The notes under the pieces were generated by a model, which saw only the letters and a list, made by a program, of their open reading frames with translations, was not told where the DNA came from and did no database searches. Below, piece after piece: positions 21,238 to 31,454 of a stretch of 64,000 nt of DNA. This DNA is from Longimicrobiales bacterium (GTDB lineage Bacteria > Gemmatimonadota > Gemmatimonadetes > Longimicrobiales > Gaopeijiaceae). The stretch's first letter is position 1; every line of letters begins with the position of its first letter. The DNA lies in contig OZ250165.1 of the NCBI GenBank assembly GCA_965238005.1, forward strand, positions 3,520,001 through 3,584,000. The letters run 5' to 3'. The position numbers were made by a program, and so were the translations under genes.

Positions 21238-22689
21238 GTGAAGGCCAATACTGGTTTTCTGCTCTGCATATCAGGCCTGGGAGCCGCCCTGGTGGTCGCC
21301 GCAGCCGAACGGGCGCCGGTCGAGCCCGGGGTCGAATGGACTCCCCCGGAGGCCACGGTCCAGTACGACGGAGTCCGGAGGGTCTTCGAGGCCAAGTGCG
21401 TGAGCTGCCATACGGGATCGGACGCCGCCCGGGGCCTTCGTCTGGACTCGTGGGAGAGCACCATCGCCGGTTCGGACGAAGGTGAGGCCGTCATCGCGTA
21501 CGACGCCGCTCGCTCGCTACTCATCGAGCTGACGACCAAGCTGGTGGGTGGCCCCCACCCGGTCGAGCTCGACGCCGAAGGACTCACAGAGGACGAGGTG
21601 TCGCTCCTGAGCGCATGGATCGACGAGGGAGCCCCGTCGGAATCCGGAGAGATCCCGTATGCCGACGCGAACCAGCTCCTCTATGCCGCCAACCAGAGCG
21701 AGGCCACGGTCTCGGTCATCGATATGGAGACCAACCAGGTCATCCGGATCGTCGACCTACAGACGCTGGGCCTTCCGGAGAACGCCTGGCCTCATCACAT
21801 CGCCGTGGAGCCCGACGGATCGTACTGGTATCTGTCCGTTATCGCGGCGAACCAGATCCTCAAGTTCGATCGCCAAAACCAGCTCGTGGCAAGAATCGAC
21901 TTCGTCAGGCCGGGTCTGCTGGCGCTGGATCCCGAGGGTGAGAATCTCTACGCCGCCCGCTCCATGGCTGCCGTTTCCCCGCCCCAGGAGATCGGAGTGA
22001 TCCGCCGCTCGGACATGAGCTTCGAGGAGGTTGGCATCTTCATCCCGAGACCTCACGCCCTGGCCGTCCAGCCCGGTACCGGAACCGTCTATACCGCCAG
22101 CTTGGCCGCCAATCAGATCGCGTCCTTCTATCCGGAAGACGAGGCGCTGGAGCTCACTGACCTCGGGGGCGACCGGCCCCACACCCTCATCGGGTTCGCG
22201 ACGTCGCCAGACGGTCGGTGGATGGTGGGCACGACCGAGTTGACGGCAACGGTCTTCGTGTTCGATCTCGAGCGGGCACCCGACATGACTCCGGTGGACA
22301 CCATCGCCGTGAATGCCGCTCCCTGGCACCCGGTGTTCACGCCCGACGGCCGCTGGGTCTACGTGGGGAACAACTGGGACAACACGGCTAACGTCATCGA
22401 CATGGAGACACGGACTCTCGCGAAGGTCATCGAGGGTAACGGTCTGGCCCAGCCCCATGGGGCCGCGGTCTCGCCGGACGGACGCTTCGCGTACATCGCC
22501 AGCCGGAACCTCGAAATGCCCGAGGGCCACAGCAAGTACGGCCACATGTACACGCCACGCTACGACACGGGCGACAACGCGCGGGCGGGCACCGTGGTCG
22601 TGATCGACACCGAGACACGGGAGATCGTGAAGGTCATCGAGATCGAAGGGTACGGTGCCGGGCTGGGGACCGCGGCCCGGATGCCCTGA
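21238..22689 (+). CDS. planctomycete-type cytochrome c domain fused to YncE/YVTN beta-propeller
   Basis: signal peptide; CVSCH, GLRLD, WIDEGA; repeated TVSVID / SPDGR blades. Confidence 0.82.
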   Translation: MKANTGFLLCISGLGAALVVAAAERAPVEPGVEWTPPEATVQYDGVRRVFEAKCVSCHTGSDAARGLRLDSWESTIAGSDEGEAVIAYDAARSLLIELTTKLVGGPHPVELDAEGLTEDEVSLLSAWIDEGAPSESGEIPYADANQLLYAANQSEATVSVIDMETNQVIRIVDLQTLGLPENAWPHHIAVEPDGSYWYLSVIAANQILKFDRQNQLVARIDFVRPGLLALDPEGENLYAARSMAAVSPPQEIGVIRRSDMSFEEVGIFIPRPHALAVQPGTGTVYTASLAANQIASFYPEDEALELTDLGGDRPHTLIGFATSPDGRWMVGTTELTATVFVFDLERAPDMTPVDTIAVNAAPWHPVFTPDGRWVYVGNNWDNTANVIDMETRTLAKVIEGNGLAQPHGAAVSPDGRFAYIASRNLEMPEGHSKYGHMYTPRYDTGDNARAGTVVVIDTETREIVKVIEIEGYGAGLGTAARMP

Positions 22690-22744
22690 GCCGGGCGGCG
22701 CCGATCGCAGCCCCACCCCAGCGTGGCCGAGCCAGAAGGCTAGC

Positions 22745-24637
22745 CTACCGCATCACCCCCAATACCAAGTGGGACGGATTCGCAGCAGACCGGTAGACGG
22801 TCTGGGTGGCCATCTGATAGTCCTCTGGCTGGGCATGATAGATGTCCACAAAGGTCTGTGGGTTCCGGTCATATGCCGGGAACCACGAGCTCTGCACGTG
22901 CACCATGATGCGGTGCCCGGCCAGAAACGTGTGGTACTTGTCCTTCAGATCGATGTCGATCCGGGTAACCTCTCCGGGTACCATGGGCTCCGGATGCTCC
23001 ATGCTGTTCCGGAACTTCCCTCGCATGATCTCTCCGGCCACGTGCATCTGGAAGCCGCCCATAGGGACGTCACAGGACTCGCTCGTGGGTGCGTCCCCCG
23101 GATAGACGTCGACGAGCTTTACGATCCAGTCCGAGTCGGTGCCGGTGGTGGAGACGTAGATGTTGGCCAGGATGGGCCCGGCGATGGTCAGATCTTCGGT
23201 CAGGGGCTCCGAGACGTAGGTCAGGACGTCCGGCCGGCTCGACGCGAAGCGCTGATCCTCGACCTTCCACAGATGCCCAAGCGTAGTCCTAATCTCCGCC
23301 GAGAAGGGAACCGGGTGATTCGGATCGCTCACGTAGCTGTCGGACGCGGCGGCGCCTGTCTCGGTCGGCTCGTCGAAGGAAAGGGTGCCGTCCACACGCA
23401 GGTAGAGGTTCGTCTGGCTGATGCCCGGCGGGGGCCAACGGTCGAGGATCCTCCACTCGTTGCGTCCGGTCTCGAAGACGACAGCCTCGGGGGCGCTCCA
23501 GGTCCCCTCGCCCTTCAGGTGATAACTGAAGAACGGGTGCTGCACCTCGCTCTGGAAGTCCAGGGACGTGGGCGTGTCGAACTCGATGCACCCCAGGTAA
23601 TCGCCGTCCATGCTCCTCCATCCACCGTGGAGCCAGGGCCCCACGGCAAGGGTGTTCTGGCTGGCGGGGCTCATCTCCTCGATGGTCCGGTAGATCGACA
23701 TGGGGCCGTAGTAGTCCTCGGTGTCGAACCACCCCGCGACGTTCAGGACCGCGTGATCGATGCCGTCCAGGTGGAGCAAGGCATTCTGCCGCTGCCAGTA
23801 CTCGTCGTACGTCCCGTGCTCCATGAAGTCGTTCCAAGCGATCACGTCGCCGTGGAAGTACCTGTCATCGATGTTGGCCGCCGACCCCGCTTTCAGGAAG
23901 AACTCGTATCCCCAGGGGGTGCCGTAGTCGAAGCGTCCCGATCTCGACTCGGAGGGGCCCGTCCGTACCCGAGCGTTGGAGGAGAGCCAGCTGAAGGCGT
24001 ACATGATCCGGAAGGCTCCGTTGTGGTGCCAATCATCTCCTATGAACATGTCCGAAGGCGAGGCCTGTGGGGACGAGGCGACCAGTGCCGGGTGCCGGTC
24101 CACCATCCCCATGACGGTCTGCCACCCCGGGTAGGAGATGCCCCACTGCCCCACCTTGCCGTTGTCGTTGGGGAGATGATCGAGGGCCCACTCGATGGTG
24201 TCGTAGTTGTCCGTGCTCTCGTCCGCATCGCCGGACCCCGGCCGATCCCGGGCCAGCGGCTTGATCACCTCGAACTCCCCCTCTGAGCGGAACTTCCCGC
24301 GGACGTCCTGAAAGACGTAGATGTATCCCTCCCGGTCGAACTCGGCCGTGGGCCCGAGGGGCGATCGGAAGCGGTCCGGCTCGTACGGCCCGATGGAGTA
24401 CGGCGTCCGGAAGAGCATGACCGGGTATTCCTTGGTCTCGTCCTTGGGGGCGTACACGATGGTGTAGAGCCGAACGCCGTCCCGCATGGACACCATGTGC
24501 TCCGTCTTGGCGTAGCTCTCGCGGAGGTAGTCCTCGTGGCTCTGCTGGGGGGTCCGAGTGCTGTCGTCGGCGCTCCAGAGAACCGAGGCGGGAAGCAGCA
24601 GCACCGAGGCCGACAGGAGCGCGTGCGTGGTCTTCAT
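22745..24637 (-). CDS. CocE/NonD family hydrolase (alpha-amino acid ester hydrolase / glutaryl-7-ACA acylase-like)
   Basis: MRDGVRL, RTPY, QDVRG, WGISYPG, GWFD.ED, GPW.HG. Confidence 0.92.
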   Translation of the reverse strand: MKTTHALLSASVLLLPASVLWSADDSTRTPQQSHEDYLRESYAKTEHMVSMRDGVRLYTIVYAPKDETKEYPVMLFRTPYSIGPYEPDRFRSPLGPTAEFDREGYIYVFQDVRGKFRSEGEFEVIKPLARDRPGSGDADESTDNYDTIEWALDHLPNDNGKVGQWGISYPGWQTVMGMVDRHPALVASSPQASPSDMFIGDDWHHNGAFRIMYAFSWLSSNARVRTGPSESRSGRFDYGTPWGYEFFLKAGSAANIDDRYFHGDVIAWNDFMEHGTYDEYWQRQNALLHLDGIDHAVLNVAGWFDTEDYYGPMSIYRTIEEMSPASQNTLAVGPWLHGGWRSMDGDYLGCIEFDTPTSLDFQSEVQHPFFSYHLKGEGTWSAPEAVVFETGRNEWRILDRWPPPGISQTNLYLRVDGTLSFDEPTETGAAASDSYVSDPNHPVPFSAEIRTTLGHLWKVEDQRFASSRPDVLTYVSEPLTEDLTIAGPILANIYVSTTGTDSDWIVKLVDVYPGDAPTSESCDVPMGGFQMHVAGEIMRGKFRNSMEHPEPMVPGEVTRIDIDLKDKYHTFLAGHRIMVHVQSSWFPAYDRNPQTFVDIYHAQPEDYQMATQTVYRSAANPSHLVLGVMR

Positions 24638-24660
24638 GATGGGCCTGCTTCCGCTTGGCT
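24623..24660 (-). repeat. 38-bp start region of the CocE gene, duplicated at 28089-28126
   Basis: 34/38 identical; both copies encode MKTTH. Confidence 0.8.
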
Positions 24661-24809
24661 TGGTTTAAATATGATAGTGGGCAGCCACGAAGAGGGGAGC
24701 TTTCTAGAAATCTAAGCGACTGCTGCGCCGCCCAATCTGGTGATCGCAAGCGAAGCGCGCGACCTCGATGCTCATCCTGCTTCCAGCAATCGTTCGATGG
24801 GAAGCTTGC

Positions 24810-24863
24810 CGAGATGCTCTTCGGAGACGCGTACGTATCTTGATATCGTGAGTATACGTACGA
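24810..24863 (+). repeat. dispersed 54-bp AT-rich element, copy 1
   Basis: matches 45865-45917 with 5 differences; internal inverted TACGTAT...ATACGTA. Confidence 0.85.
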
Positions 24864-25233
24864 TAGCTAGGCCTGCCGAGCCATGTTCCCGCCACCGGAC
24901 CTTACGCACCGTCCGGGATGCATGCCACGTCGTGGGCCGGTGGCGGCTACGGAATATGGGCCGTCTTCATCGCCATGGCGCTGAATCGGCGCGAGGCACG
25001 CATCCGGAAGGAACTCGGCCTCTAAGCGTCACCCCGAGGACCCGGTCCGAGCCATTCGCGGGCCGCTTCTTCGTCCGCAAATAGGTTCACCTCGCCTCCT
25101 CTCGAGGTCTCGCCGGGTACCGCTGGCTTTGGTCGTGACGACCCCTCGATCGGGGTCGATGGAGTAGGAGAGAGGCATGGCGGGGTTTCGAGACAGAGGC
25201 GAAGAGGCCGGATCCAGGGTCGCACTCCGGCAC

Positions 25234-27693
25234 TCAGGTTATGGGCTGCTTTTTTTTCAAGATAAAGAGTCCCTCGTCATTACTCGTGAGTATGACGATT
25301 CCACTCTCGAAGAACGGATAGTTGCTCCACGAGCCGAATCCCATTCCCGCTGAGTTGTCCCCATAGGGAACGGTATCGAAGTATCCGACTTCGACCGGGT
25401 TCTCGCGATCGCTGATGTCGAGCACGCGCAGTCCGCTGCGGTAGTTGGACTGGTACATTAGGTCACCGCGGATATAGAGGTTGTGGTCGCTACCCGCTTG
25501 AGTACCGAAGTGCTCCTTGACCAGCTGTGGATCGTCCAGGTCGGTGAGATCCCAGATCAACGTGCGGGTCCTGGGGAGACCGGCGATTTCGTCCAGTTTG
25601 TCGTTCGTGTAGAAATACCGATGGTCCTCCGTGAGCCACCCCTGGTGGGTGAACCCGAGGTTGGGGTAGCTGACCCGTGAGATCGCTACCGCGTTGGCCG
25701 GGTCGGTCACGTCCGCGATGCTGAGGGCGGTCTGATTGGAGCCCAGGCAGATCTCCTTGCCACGGTAGTCCTGATCGGGTCCTCGGTAGGTAACGCATTG
25801 CGCGTCGTGGGTCGTCCCGGTGTTGGCCCGTCCGGTGAGCGGATCGGCGAAGCACCTGGCAAAGGTCGGTTTTGTGGGCTCCCTGATGTCGATGATATGG
25901 AGGCCGCCTCCGCAGGTTTCGCCGCCGGCCTTGTTCCCAACACTGTACGCGAAGCCCGACTCCTCGTTGATCACGATGTTGTGGGCACTGGCAATCCCGT
26001 CGTAGTGGGCGGTCTCCTGGAACGTGATCGGCTCGGTGACGTCGCGAAGCTGCGTCAGATCGAACACCTGGACGCCGTGCTCCCCGGCGCCGTCCGCGAC
26101 GATGAAGGCGTGGTCCGCGTAGACCTTGATGTCCCGGTGGACGCTCGGTGGGGATCCTTCGGTCCGGAGGAGTTGGCCTACATACCGGGGGTTGGCCGGA
26201 TCGCTGACGTCGACGAACGACGTTCCATCACGTCGGCCGGCGAGGGCGTACTCGCGTCCGGTCACGGGATCGGTCCACCCCCAGATGTCGTTCATCCTCA
26301 CGCCGCGAGGGCCACCAAGATCCTGGACGGGCATATAGGCGACCAGATCGTATTCGCTGCAATCCCAAGCCGCGACCGTACCGCCCGAGCAGTCGATCTG
26401 GCCACCACGGACAGCGTCGAATTGTTCGACGTTGCCGATGATGGTTTGAGCCTTCCGCCAGGCCCCTTCGTCGCGCTCGTATATGATCGCTCGCCCCATT
26501 CCGTAGTCGGCTCCCGTCATACCGACAACCGCGATTGGACCCTTCACGTGCACGCTCGAGCCGAAGGCGTCCCCGCCGAGCAGCTCGGGACTGACCCTCC
26601 TGGATTGACGCTCGTCGCCGGGTGTGGCGGAATAGACGTAGGCAGCCCCTCTCCGATCGTCGGCTCGAGGAGCTCCCGCCCAGATCTGACCGTCGTTGGC
26701 CGCCAGGGACGTGCCAAACCCATCGGAGGCTTCGCCCTGGATTGGGGAAAGCTCTTCGACCTGGCTCCAGGCACCGACCTCCTCATCCAAGGCGAACACG
26801 AACACGGAGCCCCTCGCACCGTCACGTCCGGGAGCCCCCACCAGCGCTCGGCCACCGTCGAGGCTGACGGAGGCTCCGAACGCATCATTCGGGTCGAGCC
26901 CGACCACCGTCAGCATACCCGCGTGCTCCCATCGACCTGCCGCACGCCGGAATTCGTGGACCACTCCGGATCGACCCTCTCGAGGAGCCCCGACCAGGAC
27001 ACGGTCTCCGTCGATGGCCACACTCGCCCCGAAGCCACTCGGACCTCCCCCGAAAACGAGGCGTTCCCCGGCCGACCAGCTGTCACCGTCGAGCTGGAAG
27101 ACGAAGACGGCCTCTTCACCGTCCTCCCCGGATCTCCCCCTGCTTGCCACAGCGCGCGGCGCACCGACCGCGGCGAAACCGTCTCGGATCGCCAGGCTGG
27201 CTCCGAAGCTCGGGAGAGGTGCCGCACTCCAGGCTGAGAGTCGGCCGGCCTCTCGCCAAGCTCCCCGCTCCGTCTGCCGGAAGACGTACACGATCCCGAC
27301 ACCCTCAGGCACGGCGCCCACCAGCATACTGGACTGATCCACGGCCAAAGTGGAGCCGAAGCCGTCCCCGGGGGAGCCGTCGGACGCTTCGAATCTGGCC
27401 GTCTCGGACCACTCGCCCAGGACCTTGTGGTAGACATACACGGCGCCCGGCCTCATGATGTTGCCCGCCTCGCCGACGAACACCGCCTGGGAGTCCACCG
27501 CCCGGGAACCGACCGCCCGGGAACCGACCGCCCGGGAACCGACGGCCTCGGAGCCCACCGCCACAGAGGTGCCGTAGCCGGCCAAGGGGCCACCCGTGGC
27601 CATGTCCTGACTGAGCGCCTGGGCACTCCGTGGGACCGATCCGAGGGGCGCCAGCACGAGCGTCAGCGAGAGAAGGAGACTGGAAGGATTCAT
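25234..27693 (-). CDS. choice-of-anchor B family protein with N-terminal FG-GAP repeats
   Basis: repeated FG.S.A.DG...LVGAP; NDIWGWTDP.TGREYA, RDIKVY, HNI.IN, HQGWLT, DHNLYI, WSNYPFF.SG. Confidence 0.9.
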   Translation of the reverse strand: MNPSSLLLSLTLVLAPLGSVPRSAQALSQDMATGGPLAGYGTSVAVGSEAVGSRAVGSRAVGSRAVDSQAVFVGEAGNIMRPGAVYVYHKVLGEWSETARFEASDGSPGDGFGSTLAVDQSSMLVGAVPEGVGIVYVFRQTERGAWREAGRLSAWSAAPLPSFGASLAIRDGFAAVGAPRAVASRGRSGEDGEEAVFVFQLDGDSWSAGERLVFGGGPSGFGASVAIDGDRVLVGAPREGRSGVVHEFRRAAGRWEHAGMLTVVGLDPNDAFGASVSLDGGRALVGAPGRDGARGSVFVFALDEEVGAWSQVEELSPIQGEASDGFGTSLAANDGQIWAGAPRADDRRGAAYVYSATPGDERQSRRVSPELLGGDAFGSSVHVKGPIAVVGMTGADYGMGRAIIYERDEGAWRKAQTIIGNVEQFDAVRGGQIDCSGGTVAAWDCSEYDLVAYMPVQDLGGPRGVRMNDIWGWTDPVTGREYALAGRRDGTSFVDVSDPANPRYVGQLLRTEGSPPSVHRDIKVYADHAFIVADGAGEHGVQVFDLTQLRDVTEPITFQETAHYDGIASAHNIVINEESGFAYSVGNKAGGETCGGGLHIIDIREPTKPTFARCFADPLTGRANTGTTHDAQCVTYRGPDQDYRGKEICLGSNQTALSIADVTDPANAVAISRVSYPNLGFTHQGWLTEDHRYFYTNDKLDEIAGLPRTRTLIWDLTDLDDPQLVKEHFGTQAGSDHNLYIRGDLMYQSNYRSGLRVLDISDRENPVEVGYFDTVPYGDNSAGMGFGSWSNYPFFESGIVILTSNDEGLFILKKKQPIT
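27481..27555 (-). repeat. five 15-bp in-frame tandem repeats (AVGSE/AVGSR x3/AVDSQ)
   Basis: ACCGCCCGGGAACC core repeated three times exactly, plus two degenerate units. Confidence 0.9.
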
Positions 27694-28088
27694 GAAGTGC
27701 TCAACGGGCGACGGAATCGATGGAGACTCCGATATCATAGAGGCACCCGGGACGCCACGCACGCGGGCCGACATCGGAGCAGTCGAAATACCGGCTCAGC
27801 CCGTCTCTCCATTACAACCCTGAGCGCGGCCTCGTGGGTTCTTCCATTATCTGCATGTACGTTCATGACTGGAGCATCGTGACTATACCGGGATGCGTGG
27901 ATGGGCGGCAGGAGTCAGGAGAACTCGTGATCGCGGGCGAGAGCCATCTTTGCGCTGGGGCGGGCCGTTCACCGATCCCGTTCCCGTATGCTCCATCCTC
28001 TCCCTTCTCGATCTTCCCACCCGACCCCCTCGCCTGTCTCCCGCTCGGGTGCCGGCCCAGGGCATCTTCTCTTGTTTCGCCTATCCTT

Positions 28089-28126
28089 GTGAGTGGTCTT
28101 CATGATGGGCCTGCCTCTACTTGGCT
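28089..28126 (-). repeat. orphan copy of the CocE start region
   Basis: matches 24623-24660; lies 9 bp after the ppsA stop. Confidence 0.8.
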
Positions 28127-28134
28127 GATGCCAC

Positions 28135-29259
28135 CTAGCTGATGTCACGAGTCTTGGTTGCGTCCAGCTCGGCTTCTTTCTTCGGGGCGGCGTCCAGCTC
28201 CGCTTCGGCCTCCGCCACGGCCATGCGCACCTTCAGGAGGGTGTCCGGCGTGACGGACATCGAGGTGATGCCGCTACGGACGAGGAAGGCCGGGACCTCA
28301 TCGGGGTGATCGGAGGGCGCCTGCCCGCAAATCCCTATGGACAGCCCCTTGGACGTGAACTCCTCGATGGCACGCTGGATCATGCGCTTCACCGCCGGCG
28401 AGCGCGCGTCCACCGGGTAGGCGTAGTCCTCAAGGTCGTCTCTCGACACGGCGTACACGGTCTGGACCAGGTCGTTGGACCCGATGGATCCGCCGGTGAG
28501 CTAAGTCCCCTGACGTTCAGGTACGAATCGTACTGGCCCGCGAACGAGGCCAGCTCCGAATCCTCGCGAGTGGCCGAGGAGCGCACGGCTGCGTCGACGT
28601 CACTACCGTATTCGAGGCACAGGGCCTCGTACCCTTCGGCGAGAGCGTCCTGAATGGCGCCCGGCACGGGCGTGGCCTTCACCAGGTCCCGCGCCAACTC
28701 GGCCCGGGCATGCATCTCCACGTCGTCGTCGAGGCGGGCATCTCGAAATAGCACCTCCAGTGCGGTCCGGAGCGCGGCCGACTGGAGCGCCTTCGAGGCC
28801 TCGCGGCCCAATGACTCGTGGCCGGTGACCTCGTCCCAGGACTCCGGGGAGACCGAAGCGCCGAGGAAGGACGCGTACGCATGGGCCGTGGTGGCGAATC
28901 CGTTGGGAACCCGGACCCCCTTGCCGTCCAGGTTTTGGTACATCTCCCCTAGAGAAGCCGCCTTGCCGCCGACGATCGGGCCGTCCTCGGCGGTGATCTC
29001 GCTGAACCAGCGCACCAGCACATCGGTGCCCCCCTCAGGCGGCGGATGCGGAGGCGGATCGTCCTCAGGAAGCCCGTCCTCTTCGGGGGGGGGCAGCGCC
29101 GGTGCCCGCTTCCGTGGTCTCCGCGATCGGGGTGGCGACACCGGCCGCGGCCAACTCTTCGGGCGGAATCGTGGATTCCGCCTCATGCGACTCTTGCTCG
29201 GACTCACTGCCGAACAAGTCGTAGTGGGAAGCTTCAGGGTCCAGAGGTCGGCGGCTCAC
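28135..29259 (-). pseudogene. ppsA: phosphoenolpyruvate synthase with large internal deletion
   Basis: VGGK.ASLGEM, VPNGFA, AVRSSAT.ED...SFAGQ..SYLNVRG joined out of frame near 28495 to SIGSNDL...GICGQAPSD...SVTPD; also a G9 frameshift at 29085-29093. Confidence 0.9.
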
Positions 29260-29464
29260 AGCTGTATGGAGGCTCGGCTCTCGGGGTGTGGCAAGGTGAG
29301 TGCGCGGGGCAAGTTGACGGCTGGGGGGGTGCCATCGCAACTCCCGGGTCAAGCCCAACCTCACCAGGCCCCACCAGTACGCTATGGAGGCCGCCCCCCC
29401 AGCTCGTGGGGAGCGGCCTCGCAGTGCCGCACCGAGGCCGCCGCCGCGGCGGACCTTCGGCAGA

Positions 29465-29797
29465 CTAGCTGAACAGCGCCTCCAGCTGGTTCAGGCAGCT
29501 CCCCTCGAGCTGGCTCTCCCAGTACCGTCGGTATCGCTCGACCCAGGCCGCCGCTTCCTGCATGGGAGCCGCATCCAGCTCACAGCGGCTGATCCGTCCG
29601 TGGGGCGTCCGGCTCACAAGGCCTGCCCTCTCCAGGACTCGCAGGTGCTTCGAGATGGCCGGTCGCGACACGTCGAAGGGCCGCGCCAGCTCTCCCACCG
29701 TCGCCTCGCCCTGGGCGAGGCGTGCGAGGATAGCCCGCCGTGTGGGATCCGACAGGGCACCGAACGTGAGGTCGAGCTTCCTATCATTGGTAATCAT
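29465..29797 (-). CDS. ArsR/SmtB family regulator (C-terminus apparently fused to an SRPBCC tail)
   Basis: FGALSDPTRRAIL, VSRPAISKHLRVLERAGLV. Confidence 0.88.
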   Translation of the reverse strand: MITNDRKLDLTFGALSDPTRRAILARLAQGEATVGELARPFDVSRPAISKHLRVLERAGLVSRTPHGRISRCELDAAPMQEAAAWVERYRRYWESQLEGSCLNQLEALFS

Positions 29798-29809
29798 ATG
29801 GTTACCAAT
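29786..29809. promoter_or_regulatory. ArsR autoregulatory palindrome overlapping the start codon
   Basis: ATTGGTAATCATATGGTTACCAAT, near-perfect 12-12 inverted repeat. Confidence 0.7.
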
Positions 29810-29864
29810 AGGCCCCTAGCACGACCTGGGTCAAGAGCGCGGTCGAGTCAGTATGCTCTCGGGG

Positions 29865-31454
29865 TCAGCCCCTCCCGTCTCTGAGGATCTCCCGGGCCGC
29901 GTTGTGTCCGGGGAATCCAGTAACTCCGCCTCCGGGGTGCGTACCCGCACCACAGAGGTAGAGACCCCCGATGGGCGTGCGATAGCGGGCGAACCCGGGA
30001 ACCGGGCGCATGAAGAACAGCTGATCCAGCGTGTGCTCTCCATGGTAGATGTTCCCTTCGGAGAGCCCGTAGGTCTCCTCCAGATCCAACGGAGTCAGCA
30101 CCTGTCGGTGGAGGATGGCCGACTCCAGGTTGGGCGCGTATTCAGACAGCGTCCCCACGACGGCGTCCCCGAGCCGCTCTCGGGCGGCGGCGTCCCACTC
30201 GCCCTCTTTGAGCCGGTAGGGCGCATACTGGGCCACGATGGACATGACGTGCTTCCCCGACTCGGCCACGTCCGGGTCGGTCACGGAAGGGATGGACACC
30301 TCCAGGTAGGGGCGTCGGGAAGCTGCTCCGTACTTCGCGTCATCGTACGCCCGCTCCAGGTACTCCAGGCTGGGACTGATGGAGATGACGCCATTCAGAT
30401 GCGGGCCGCCCTCCGGGACCCCGGCAAAGCGGGGCAGCTCCGCCAGCACCAGATGAACCTTGGCGCAGGCGCCCTTGAACCGGATGTTCTTCACCTTGCG
30501 AACGAGCTCCGGCTCGAGCTCCGTCGGCCCCACGAGGTCGAAGAACGTCCGGCGGGGATCGGCGTTGGAGACGACGCGGGCCGCCCGGAATTCCTCACCG
30601 CTGGAGAGAGCCACGCCCGTGGCCCGGCCGTCCTTCACGATCACGCGCTCGACGGGCTGGCTCGTCCTTATGTCGACGCCGTGTCCTCGGGCCGCTGCCG
30701 CCAGAGCTCTGGTCAGCTCGCCCACACCACCCCTCACCCGAGTGGTCGGCCGGAGAACGCCGTCCCCGGCCCCGACGTGGTGGTGCAGGAGCGCGTATAC
30801 CGTTCCAGCGGCCATGGGACCCTGGAACATCCCGGCTATGCCGGCGGCAGCCAGGGTCCCCTTGAGGACGTTGCTCTCGAACCAGTCCCCCAGGAGCTCG
30901 GACACGGCCATGGGGAGGATCCGCATGACCTCGACCATGTCCTTCTTGCCCAGCCGCCGAAGGCCGGCACCCAGCTTCAGAACGGACCAGAGATCCCGTA
31001 GGTCGTTGCCGGTCACATTGGGGGGCGTGGCGGACCAGGCGGCCTGGAGAACCGCTGCCGCCTTGCCGATCAGCTCACTGAAAGTGATCCAAGCCTCGGC
31101 GTCCGCCGGTGAGATCTCGCGCACGGCTTCCACGGTCCGCTTCGGGTCCCGCCAAAGCAGGAGATGTCGTCCGTCGGGGGCCGGAGCAAAGACGGTGGGA
31201 TCGGCCTGGACGACCTCCAGGCCGTGGCGCTTCAGATCAAGATCCCGGACCACCGCCGGATGGAGCCCACCGATTCGGTGCGCGGCCGTGTCGAACTTGA
31301 ATCCTGGAAACACCTGCTCGGTGACGGCGGCTCCGCCGATCACCTCCCACCGCTCCAGAACCAGCACCTTGAGGCCGGCCCTGCCCAGGTACGCGGCCGT
31401 CACGAGGCCGTTGTGGCCCGCGCCGATGACGATGGCGTCGTACGGGCCCGTCAT
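29865..31454 (-). CDS. phytoene dehydrogenase-like FAD oxidoreductase (paralog 2)
   Basis: IGAGHNGL, GNIYHGE, LYLCGAGTHPGGGV.G.PG. Confidence 0.9.
   Translation of the reverse strand: MTGPYDAIVIGAGHNGLVTAAYLGRAGLKVLVLERWEVIGGAAVTEQVFPGFKFDTAAHRIGGLHPAVVRDLDLKRHGLEVVQADPTVFAPAPDGRHLLLWRDPKRTVEAVREISPADAEAWITFSELIGKAAAVLQAAWSATPPNVTGNDLRDLWSVLKLGAGLRRLGKKDMVEVMRILPMAVSELLGDWFESNVLKGTLAAAGIAGMFQGPMAAGTVYALLHHHVGAGDGVLRPTTRVRGGVGELTRALAAAARGHGVDIRTSQPVERVIVKDGRATGVALSSGEEFRAARVVSNADPRRTFFDLVGPTELEPELVRKVKNIRFKGACAKVHLVLAELPRFAGVPEGGPHLNGVISISPSLEYLERAYDDAKYGAASRRPYLEVSIPSVTDPDVAESGKHVMSIVAQYAPYRLKEGEWDAAARERLGDAVVGTLSEYAPNLESAILHRQVLTPLDLEETYGLSEGNIYHGEHTLDQLFFMRPVPGFARYRTPIGGLYLCGAGTHPGGGVTGFPGHNAAREILRDGRG

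Noticed and set aside
27481..27555. Short repeats as a possible CRISPR array
   Set aside because: No spacers, in-frame coding repeat, no cas genes
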